This document shows positions 1 through 10,050 of a stretch of 64,000 nucleotides of DNA, piece after piece. The stretch is from the NCBI RefSeq assembly GCF_022539665.2, contig NC_081333.1, positions 868,001-932,000 of the forward strand, read 5' to 3'. The stretch comes from Daphnia carinata. Lineage: Eukaryota. The notes below the pieces were generated by a model, which did no database searches, was not told the DNA's origin, and was given only the letters and a program-made list of their open reading frames with translations. Both the position numbers and the translations under genes were made by a program. Each line of letters begins with the position of its first letter. The stretch's first letter is position 1.

Positions 1-2415
1 AAACGAACATTCTTGGAGCGCATAATTTAAACCAATCATGTAGAAGACATGGAATAGGCTCGAATCCGAAATAGAATTGACAACTGATTTATTATACCAG
101 ATATTATACAATATACATATACCTGTGCGTGTCGGTCTGGCTTGGTTCCGGTGAAGTCTCAGTAGTAAGCAAACGCCTCCCCCGCCGAGCTGTCCGTACA
201 TAAACGCACACAACAACAACAAAAAAATGATGAAAAAAAAAAGTGGATAGCGCTGCAGGCTATCTAGCCCCAAATATTTTGAATCATAAGGCCTACGAGA
301 ACAACACCTGCGGACCTTTCAGGTCAAAGTACTTAAGAAATGACCACCATCATCTCGTCTTTTCCTATACTACTCTGCAGTAAATGGAGTTTTCAAAAAA
401 ATAAAAAAAAAAGATTTTCTTGAAAAGGAGATGGAGGGCTGTATATCAGAATATATTATCTACAATAGGAAAATTTTTGGCGAAACATGAATAGTAAAAG
501 AGTGCGTAGCGCAGCCAAAAAGCCGCCTATTATTTAAACCACAATCGACGGGTACAATCGAAAGGAATATAAGGCCTGCAGACTATAGACCTGCATTCCA
601 GATCTGGCTTTTGTGTTGATAACCTTTTAGCAAACGGAATGAAAGCTCCTTGTTGTCCAGCCCGAGTGGCGAGACGAAAGAAACCATTGCCGGACATATT
701 CTTTTTAAACATACCGCCTTTTTGTTTACTGTTGGGAAGGCCGAGTTTTGTCTTGTTAGAGCACATGCAATAAGGGAGATACAGTAGCTTTTTGCATTTC
801 ACGTGGTTTGTGGTGATCGATAAGGCTATCTAGTTCAAATGAAAATGACGTGCCTACTGGCTGTTTTGCTTCCGTGTATACATGACGGATGAACAGAGGT
901 GTCAAGTTGACAAGCACTGAGCTGGCCGTTCCGTAAAAACAAACGAAATTCGACGAGCGACGGTGATGTGATGCATCATTTCTTCACTGATTGGATGGCA
1001 CATCCATCAGTCTTAATGTGTACACCGGTGCTTCGAATGATGTGTGTCGTGCAACTAGTTTTTTAAAATTTATTTTATTGATTGACCCTACGCTTGCCAC
1101 ATACAAGAGTCGGTAGTGGGGCTCTAACGTGTAGATATAGAAATTATGGAAGAGCACCTAAAGAAAGAAAAAAAAAATGTTAGTCAGTGGCTGTCAGAGC
1201 TGGCAGCATCTCAATTACCTTGGATGAGTAAACATACTAACAACAGTGAGACGAAGATGAATTCTAAGATTGAATTTGTGAGTAGGCCACAAACTATAAT
1301 GCGTGCCCCTAGAGTCAGGCTTGGTCATCCTTGGAAGGATGTTCTATTATTGTTGTAACAACAACCGAAATGCCACAAGCGTCTTAACGATTTCTCCATC
1401 AAGAAGCTTCACTGATATTGCTGCCACATTCCTCTGTACGCTCTTGTTGATACCACTGGCAGCGTCTAAATGCCCTGGCCATTTAAGCAATCGTGCGTTC
1501 GTTCTCTAGCAATAAATGTGCCGCCGTATAGCCATGCACAGAGAAAGAGAAACAAAAAGATTAACGATCACACTTCCATATACAGGGGGAAGGAAAATAA
1601 CAAGGCAAATGATAAGGAAAATTGCCTTCAGTTATAAGCATAGTAAAAAGAAGCTGGGGATTTTCTGAACTTGTCTTCTACAACTTCCCATAATTATAGC
1701 CTGTGGCTTCAGTTCATCCTTTTCCCTCTCGTTGTCTATTTATTCTGTTAATATCGGTGCTAAAAAAGAAACACGAAAGAACGTTGCGTGGTGCTATTAA
1801 AGGGAGGATGCAACAATCTTCCAACGTGATTCTTTAGACGCCGTACACACAGCCTGTTTAGATGCACTTTTGGTTTTACTATATACCAAGGTTGTAGTTA
1901 ATTTGATTGTGTTAATCTGTTTGACTATAAATGTGTTTTATCGCGTTTGCCACTGGAGGGAAACAGTGCGAAGCCATCCAATGAGCGGAATGGTATAGGC
2001 AGAGTTAGATGTCGTATTAATGATGGCTAGCCTCGTGATCAAACATGCGGCTGTATACGTTTACGTAACGATACAGATAAAATGTGGTGGGTACGCGTTG
2101 GCGTCGCCATTGATCAACACGGAGTCATTCCCACTGTCCAAACAAAAACAATAGCCTGAAATTAGGCTGCGACAGCAAATGGTTCGTATTAAATGTTCGT
2201 TAGTATGCTCCGGGGACAACTTGATCAACGCATTTTATTCACTCATGCATCAACCACTTGAAATTTATAGTTTACGAGTAATTCTAATTCAAAGCAGTTA
2301 CGCAAAATCATTTTGATTCTATTTTATTTTAAAATTTACATAAAAAGACTATTAATATTTTATTTTGAATCAGCGTTCAAATTAGGTTATAAGAGGTTAG
2401 GTTTTATCGGCTGTA

Positions 2416-3539
2416 TCGCGCTAGCGCTGTAGTGTACTGGCGCGCCAGCAATGTGTCAAATATTCAGTGTATTTCAAAAACAATTAACTTAATGAAAAAA
2501 AAGCAATTTTCCCTGAATCAGCATGCAATTTTGACCATATCCTGTGATATTCAACCAATTCCGATGAGTGTCAGTTTTTGCAGAAAAAAATTTTAAGCCC
2601 GACTAAATAAGCCCGACTTCTCTTATTTTTTCGTTTTCTACGTTTAATTAAAAAACCATAAGGCCAATTGAAAAATAAATTTGATTTCCGTGATAAGCAT
2701 TCAATTCTGAATCGAAATCACGTTTTTTAAGCGAAATTTTAAAATTTAGCCAAAAACGAAAAAGTGCAAAGGCTATAGCCTTACCACTTCTGTCAAAATC
2801 GGCCAAAAATGACACCTCTTGGACTTCGATGAAAATCACACAGTATAATCAAAATTTAATGCTGATTTAGAAAAAGCCACTCGTTTTCTTTTGAATTTAA
2901 CCGTTTTTTAATTACCCGGAATATTCGTGCAAAAAGCTCGACTAAATAAGCCCGATTTTTCGTTCGAGTGTATATAGGAAAGTAACTAGAAATTTGACCG
3001 GTAGATGGCGATAGCAGTAAACAGAAAAACGGCCTTTTTTCTGCTTTACGCGCTATAATATTTCTGCTAATAATATTTCTGCTAATAATATTTCTGCTGC
3101 ATCACGCTAGCACTGTAGCGTACTGGCGCGCTAGCATTGCGTCAAAATTAGGTATATTTCATAAACGATTAACTTAATGAGCGTCAAAATTGAAAAAGTG
3201 AGAAGGCTATAGCCTTTTCGGCTTTACTTTTTAGTTTTAGGCTTTATTTTCACTCTTCCAATTTTCTTCAAATCCTAGATTTCATTAAAAATGAATTATT
3301 CCGATTCGAAATTGATCGCTGATCACGAAAATGGGGTATGTTTTTATATCAGGCTCTTACTTTTTGAATTAACCGTAAAAAACAGAAAGTCGGGCTTATT
3401 TAGTCGGGCTTAAAAGATTTTTTCGGTCAGTGTATGTAGAAAATTAACTAGAAACGTGACCGGTAGATGGCGATAGCTGTAAAACAGAAAAAAGCCCAGT
3501 ATTTTTTTTTTTTTATTTTGGGTGAAACGGATTGCCATA
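2416..3539. mobile_element. Mosaic of diverged direct and inverted repeats, probably non-autonomous DNA-transposon terminal remnants, ending in GTGAAACGGATTGCCATA
   Basis: Direct repeats 2416-2495 ~ 3102-3180 and 2969-3029 ~ 3431-3493. AAGCCCGACTAAATAAGCCCGA occurs at ~2595, as a variant at ~2933, and inverted at ~3388-3415. 2586-2730 is a diverged inverted copy of ~3285-3423. No coding capacity recognised. Confidence 0.55.
3055..3098. repeat. Tandem repeat of a 15-bp unit (TAATATTTCTGCTAA), ~3 copies
   Basis: Read directly from sequence. Confidence 0.85.
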
Positions 3540-3590
3540 TGGCCATCTAGCGGCCAGATTCCTATTTAATTTTCTCATTCATTCCTTCAG

Positions 3591-5248
3591 ACATAGATTG
3601 GATATGGTTACTTGAACAATGGATTTGCAAATGCAGTACAGCTGACTTATGTTTCACATGGTAAGTTGGAGATTTCCCAGGCAAAATTTCTAGTAACTCA
3701 GCATTTGGTACCATCTTTACTATAATTTTATACAGTACCCTGCATGTCTCATTAATTAAGATTTAAATCCTTTTATAGATTGTCACATCAGTGAGCAAGG
3801 TTCAGTTTAGGGATTGAGAACCCTCAGCGACTATAACATCTAGCCCATATTCACATTGTAGCACTTGATTGCTGCCACTGATTCTTCAAAATGCCTATCT
3901 TGTATGGGATGCTTGACAGTCAAATGGTACTCCGATGTCACATAAATATCAATTGTTTACTTTATTTACATTTATTAAAAATTTTTGAAGGAATGATTTA
4001 AACAAATGCCAAAGGTGAGACATGCTGGAAAAGCTTGATATGAATGTGTAGACGCAGTTTTGGAATTCAGAGGTGCAGCCGGCTGTTGGGTAAAACTTCA
4101 TTTAAATTTTGTTTCAATTCAATATGTTTTAGTTACTATTTGTGTGATTACACAAAGGATTGTGCCATCCAGGCAATGTGGATGTTCTGCCATGTACATG
4201 ATAAACCAAGGATTCTTCGTCAACAGGCAAAATGTTACTCCCTGGTAATGCTTTTCTGCTGAGTTTGTTTAGTTTTCTAATTTTAATAGTCAATGTTGTA
4301 TTAGTAAACTACTGTTGGCAGAATAGCTGATCCATTGGGAAAACGGTTATGGCAAGTGCGATGAATAAATCACCATAGGTCAGTTGTCTTGCCTTCACAA
4401 TTGCAACGAAGATGAATCATGGAGTCAAAAACATTAAAAGGCGGTACTATTTTAAATTTTTTTAATTGTTGTAATTGGTGTATCGCTAAGTGCTGATACA
4501 TGTGTAGAACATGCTGGAATTCATGTCATCCTGGAGAGGACTAAAAAAAACGAGCTTTATCCACGAAGCAGCTCATTAATCATGTCCCAAACGATTGCCT
4601 GCGTCAGCCAGCAATCTTTCAATGGCTAACAAGCATTTAATAGTTTTGAAAATCGCGGTTTGCACTCCCTAAGGCGACATTCCTTAATCCCACCTGTCAA
4701 AAGATTTGAATGCAACCATTTTCTATTCTGAACTGTCGCCTACGAAATTCTTTTTCCATAAAATGAGGTGATATGAGGTTATAATGGAAATTGTCGTCAA
4801 GACTACCGAGACCATGTACCTTCTTTACTTTCACGTTTAGTGATCAAAACAACCAACTATGTAACCTTTCTTTTTTTTTTTTTTTTAAGGTGCATGGAAC
4901 GCCCAATCGGAAAGCCCATGGAAGGTCTCTGTGGCCAACACGAAAGGTTCTCCCAAACTTTCGTATTCAAGTTTTGGCTATGATGATCATTTGCAACTGC
5001 ATAGCCTTTTAGAAGCTCCTGCCAGGAATCTACAGGAATATGGCAGATGATGAATTTATGTACTATGTAAGCCATATCAATAAGAACGTTTTATGCTTAT
5101 CTATGTTTTATTTTCTTAATTTAGATTAATAGCAATAGTGAGCCTGCAAAGGTTTCTGGTTGGGATGTGATGACGAAAAGTTATAATCATTTAAAGTACG
5201 GAATTGAATTTCCCTCCATCAGTCGCCTGTGTATTCCCGCGTATTACG
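3591..5248 (+). pseudogene. Decayed multi-exon gene of unknown family in the left arm of P1 (mirror copy on - strand in the right arm)
   Basis: Series of ag|exon|gt blocks separated by short AT-rich introns. The last two exons read ...IQVLAMMIICNCIAF*KLLPGIYRNMADDEFMYY|INSNSEPAKVSGWDVMTKSYNHL with an in-frame stop, and are homologous to exons in P2. Confidence 0.6.
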
Positions 5249-5262
5249 GTATTAATTATTTA

Positions 5263-5648
5263 AAAATTGAAGTGCATATCTGGGCTCCCTTCCTTTCCGT
5301 AGCCCCGTTTCCCCTTGACTCGTAATAAGCCCGTAGGGGGTCATGCCCCTACTGTACGGTATATATAAAAATAACATATACCGAGGTTTGGAGGGCTCTG
5401 GCCGGAAAGGGGACGTGGGGGTCCGCTTAGTCCGATGATGTGTTCACGGAGGGCGACGTGGCTACACACAAATCCGAACTAAAGGTTAATCGCTCCAGTA
5501 AAAATGTTCCAAATCTTCGGCTCTTCTTCCGGCTTCTCTTAGCCAATCACCGGGTAATCTCCCCGGTGGGTCAACAAGGCAGTGTCTCCCCCTGCCTGGG
5601 TTGACGGCAACTTTTGAAAGGGCTATTGTGCCTTTTTAAAGTTGCAAA
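5263..5648. other. Conserved GC-rich multi-hairpin core (copies at ~6603-6990 inverted, ~56631-57018, ~57930-58258 inverted)
   Basis: Stems: 5292-5299/5403-5410, 5333-5352, 5357-5383, 5548-5568, 5570-5605, 5607-5645. Near-identical between P1 and the P2 left arm although the outer arms are highly diverged. Confidence 0.75.
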
Positions 5649-5861
5649 AATAATTCTAATGTGCAGAGAATTGTCAATAAAAATTTTTTTATAAAATATT
5701 TTTTCCAAAATTTGTTTCTTTCATTGTCTGTTTTCGCTGTGTTCACACATTACGTTTATCAATTTTTTTTTTTATTTAGCTTGCTGGTGTTGGTAAGCAT
5801 TGAGCCACGTTTGATGGTAAGTAATTTTTCTATTGGTTTATCGTTTATCTGTAAGCATTCA

Positions 5862-5932
5862 TTTATTATCCAGGGATCGAACCTTGAATGTTCGGCCTTC
5901 CGCGCCGATGCTCTACCAATGAGCCATGAATC
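5862..5932 (-). ncRNA. tRNA-like unit 1 in P1 spacer (A/B-box element, not a canonical tRNA)
   Basis: Minus strand GATTCATGGCTCATTGGTAGAGCATCGGCGCGGAAGGCCGAACATTCAAGGTTCGATCCCTGG: D stem GCTC/GAGC, anticodon stem TCGGC/GCCGA, B box GGTTCGATCC; poor acceptor stem. Confidence 0.65.
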
Positions 5933-6047
5933 ATGTGATGTTAAGTTGGCTTTTTTCTAGCAACTTGCGGACTTGCATTTACATTAAGAATAAAACTGAA
6001 ATGCTATACTGCAATATTCTTTTCTACATTTAATCTGCTTCATTTTT

Positions 6048-6119
6048 ATACATCTACTGAGGTTTGAACCCTAGTTAACATGTATCGCAGCTAAAGGCTC
6101 TACCACAGAGCTATCGACC
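6048..6119 (-). ncRNA. tRNA-like unit 2 in P1 spacer
   Basis: Minus strand GGTCGATAGCTCTGTGGTAGAGC...AGGGTTCAAACCTC: A box, D stem and B box present; anticodon arm degenerate. Confidence 0.55.
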
Positions 6120-6217
6120 TTATGAAAGCAATAGACAGATAAACATATAGTTGTGAAAGACTGCATAAACATCCTAGACGATAACATATGATATGCGATA
6201 ATAAAAAAATTAGATAT

Positions 6218-6287
6218 GTCTCGTGGCTCAATGTTAGAGCATCGGCATTGCACGCTGAATGTCTGGGGATCAGTTCCACTACGAGCA
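6218..6287 (+). ncRNA. tRNA-like unit 3 in P1 spacer (TGC in the anticodon loop, degenerate T arm)
   Basis: GTCTCGTGGCTCAATGTTAGAGCATCGGCATTGCACGCTGAATGTCTGGGGATCAGTTCCACTACGAG: CTCGT/ACGAG, GCTC/GAGC and TCGGC/GCTGA stems; inverted homologue of unit 1. Confidence 0.55.
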
Positions 6288-8703
6288 AAATAAAATACAA
6301 ATGTAAATTACTTCAGAAAATCTCGAGGTATTACACGTTGTTCCTTGAATCTAAATTGAAGAATTCAAAGAGTGTAATAAATAACAATTGAATACTTACA
6401 CATAAATGATAAATTTGTGGGAATAATGCATACCTCACGGTGGCAAAAACAATAAAGATGAATTGAGCAAGCTAAATAAAAAAAAAATTGATAAACGTAA
6501 TGTGTAAACACAGCGAAAACAGACAATGAAAGAAACAAATTTTGGAAAAAATATTTTATAAAAAAAATTTTATTGACAATTCTCTGCACATTAGAATTAT
6601 TTTTGCAACTTTAAAAAGGCACAATAGCCCTTTCAAAAGTTGCCGTCAACCCAGGCAGGGGGAGACACTGCCTTGTTGACCCACCGGGGAGATTACCCGG
6701 TGATTGGCTAAGAGAAGCCGGAAGAAGAGCCGAAGATTTGGAACATTTTTACTGGAGCGATTAACCTTTAGTTCGGATTTGTGTGTAGCCACGTCGCCCT
6801 CCGTGAACACATCATCGGACTAAGCGGACCCCCACGTCCCCTTTCCGGCCAGAGCCCTCCAAACCTCGGTATATGTTATTTTTATATATACCGTACAGTA
6901 GGGGCATGACCCCCTACGGGCTTATTACGAGTCAAGGGGAAACGGGGCTACGGAAAGGAAGGGAGCCCAGATATGCACTTCAATTTTTAAATAATTAATA
7001 CCGTAATACGCGGGAATACACAGGCGACTGATGGAGGGAAATTCAATTCCGTACTTTAAATGATTATAACTTTTCGTCATCACATCCCAACCAGAAACCT
7101 TTGCAGGCTCACTATTGCTATTAATCTAAATTAAGAAAATAAAACATAGATAAGCATAAAACGTTCTTATTGATATGGCTTACATAGTACATAAATTCAT
7201 CATCTGCCATATTCCTGTAGATTCCTGGCAGGAGCTTCTAAAAGGCTATGCAGTTGCAAATGATCATCATAGCCAAAACTTGAATACGAAAGTTTGGGAG
7301 AACCTTTCGTGTTGGCCACAGAGACCTTCCATGGGCTTTCCGATTGGGCGTTCCATGCACCTTAAAAAAAAAAAGAAAGGTTACATAGTTGGTTGTTTTG
7401 ATCACTAAACGTGAAAGTAAAGAAGGTACATGGTCTCGGTAGTCTTGACGACAATTTCCATTATAACCTCATATCACCTCATTTTATGGAAAAAGAATTT
7501 CGTAGGCGACAGTTCAGAATAGAAAATGGTTGCATTCAAATCTTTTGACAGGTGGGATTAAGGAATGTCGCCTTAGGGAGTGCAAACCGCGATTTTCAAA
7601 ACTATTAAATGCTTGTTAGCCATTGAAAGATTGCTGGCTGACGCAGGCAATCGTTTGGGACATGATTAATGAGCTGCTTCGTGGATAAAGCTCGTTTTTT
7701 TTAGTCCTCTCCAGGATGACATGAATTCCAGCATGTTCTACACATGTATCAGCACTTAGCGATACACCAATTACAACAATTAAAAAAATTTAAAATAGTA
7801 CCGCCTTTTAATGTTTTTGACTCCATGATTCATCTTCGTTGCAATTGTGAAGGCAAGACAACTGACCTATGGTGATTTATTCATCGCACTTGCCATAACC
7901 GTTTTCCCAATGGATCAGCTATTCTGCCAACAGTAGTTTACTAATACAACATTGACTATTAAAATTAGAAAACTAAACAAACTCAGCAGAAAAGCATTAC
8001 CAGGGAGTAACATTTTGCCTGTTGACGAAGAATCCTTGGTTTATCATGTACATGGCAGAACATCCACATTGCCTGGATGGCACAATCCTTTGTGTAATCA
8101 CACAAATAGTAACTAAAACATATTGAATTGAAACAAAATTTAAATGAAGTTTTACCCAACAGCCGGCTGCACCTCTGAATTCCAAAACTGCGTCTACACA
8201 TTCATATCAAGCTTTTCCAGCATGTCTCACCTTTGGCATTTGTTTAAATCATTCCTTCAAAAATTTTTAATAAATGTAAATAAAGTAAACAATTGATATT
8301 TATGTGACATCGGAGTACCATTTGACTGTCAAGCATCCCATACAAGATAGGCATTTTGAAGAATCAGTGGCAGCAATCAAGTGCTACAATGTGAATATGG
8401 GCTAGATGTTATAGTCGCTGAGGGTTCTCAATCCCTAAACTGAACCTTGCTCACTGATGTGACAATCTATAAAAGGATTTAAATCTTAATTAATGAGACA
8501 TGCAGGGTACTGTATAAAATTATAGTAAAGATGGTACCAAATGCTGAGTTACTAGAAATTTTGCCTGGGAAATCTCCAACTTACCATGTGAAACATAAGT
8601 CAGCTGTACTGCATTTGCAAATCCATTGTTCAAGTAACCATATCCAATCTATGTCTGAAGGAATGAATGAGAAAATTAAATAGGAATCTGGCCGCTAGAT
8701 GGC

Positions 8704-8835
8704 CATAGCTGTAAAAAAGAAAAAAAAGGCCAAAATTTTATTTTTTTTGGGGGGGTAAAACGGATTGCCATACATAGCTGTAAAAAAGAAAAAAAAGGCC
8801 GAAATTTTTTTTTTTAGGGTAATCGGATTGCCATA
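8704..8835 (+). repeat. Two tandem ~65 bp terminal units, each ending CGGATTGCCATA
   Basis: CATAGCTGTAAAAAAGAAAAAAAAGGCC..T-tract..GGGTAA(AA/T)CGGATTGCCATA at ~8704-8772 and ~8773-8835; similar to 3472-3539. Confidence 0.8.
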
Positions 8836-9125
8836 TGCCACAACAATCCATAGTAACCGGCCAATAGCCACCCATAGACATCTATCGGCCAAAAATACTA
8901 ACGGCTGGCAAAGCAAAAATCGTCTGCATCTTGTTTTTTTTTCTCGTGTTCTCTTGATGCTCATATCTTGCTTCTTTTGATGTACTGTATTACCTCTCAC
9001 CGCTTACACCGGCACAGAATTACGTTCCTAAGACTTTGAGTTTCACTTTACCACATTTCTTTCCCAGTCTATGTAAAAAAATAGTGTTTGTAGAAGCCTA
9101 AATACGTATCCAACTCCGTTCCGGT

Positions 9126-9862
9126 ATGGCTGCAGTACAAATTGGTAAACTTGCATCGGTTCTTGCTCGTTGCTTGCCTTCAGACGTGAAGAACGCTACG
9201 AAATTCAAAGTAAAGCTAGTGGAATTTGACCAAAATTTAAATATGGTAAGTTCTTTCATTTATTTCAAAAATTTTATATTTATTTTCAAGCTGATTTATG
9301 TTCATAGCACTTTGCCAAACATGTGACAGTTTATGCAAGTGATCCAACCAATGCATGCAAACCTGGTGATGTTGTTTTGATTGATAAGTTACCTAAAAAG
9401 CTTACAAAGCACATTACCCATCAAGTTAAAAAGGTAATATCATACATATCAAGTAAACAATTATCTGTTTCAGCACCATAACTAATTCTTTGTAGATTGT
9501 TTACACCTTTGGTGATATAACAGACCCAATTACAGGAAAGAAAGTTGTTGTTGGAAAATATCGGTATGCTATTTAATCCTTATAGGTCTTATTTTTGTAC
9601 ATTACAAACAAATTAATAATTTCTCTGTTTACAGTGATGAAATTGAGGCAAAAAATGTTCTGTATGGGAAAAACCCATCTGGATTTGACTATGACAGGTT
9701 ACCTTTACTTCTCCATTACATTATATTGCATTTTGTGTTAACACATATTGATTATTCAGGGCCCAGGACAGGGGATGGCAGGCTGGAAAGAGAGATTTCT
9801 CTGATAAAGAAACTTATAGAAAGTTTCATATGTTTGATCATGATGAGCCATATGCAGTGTAG
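9126..9862 (+). CDS. mRpS17: Mitochondrial ribosomal protein S17 (uS17m), 5 exons: 9126-9245, 9308-9433, 9496-9563, 9635-9697, 9760-9862
   Basis: Spliced translation MAAVQIG...EFDQNLNM|HFAKHVTVYASDPTNACKPGDVVLIDKLPKKLTKHITHQVKK|IVYTFGDITDPITGKKVVVGKYR|DEIE...; CKPGDVVLI and GDITDPITGK are typical of mRpS17; all introns GT-AG and in frame. Confidence 0.92.
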
Positions 9863-10050
9863 TAGAAGATTTTGTGGACATCTTTATGTCAGTTAACATA
9901 ATAAAAACAGTCATGTTGTGTTTTATGTTTATTATTGTAGTATAACAAGTACACAATGATTTCGTCAGGTACATCTCTTCAACCATTCTGTTTTGGCTGA
10001 GATCAGATTAGAATTTCATGGAGAGGCTTTTGAGGGAAGGGAACTAAAAC

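Larger units (their letters stand above)
3538..8707. mobile_element. Fold-back element P1: ~2.24 kb near-perfect inverted arms (3538-5785 / 6466-8707) around a ~680 bp spacer; begins TATGG, ends CCATA
   Basis: Mirror ORFs 4044-4262(+)/7983-8201(-) and 4857-5075(-)/7175-7408(+). Arm comparison by eye shows only homopolymer-length differences and rare substitutions. The inverted repeat is certain; the mobile-element label is inferred from the related copy at 55.7-59.2 kb. Confidence 0.8.

Noticed and set aside
530..1510. Possible coding fragments on the minus strand (e.g. ORF 530-802)
   Set aside because: No recognisable motif and no consistent spliced model could be built by eye.
5862..6287. 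Functional tRNA gene cluster
   Set aside because: Acceptor stems, T arms or anticodon loops are non-canonical and differ between the P1 and P2 copies.
3538..8707. P1 as a pure assembly or amplification fold-back chimera
   Set aside because: It turns around at the same spacer as the independently diverged P2, has a 680 bp non-mirrored spacer and ends exactly on TATGG/CCATA. An artefact is unlikely but not excluded without reads.
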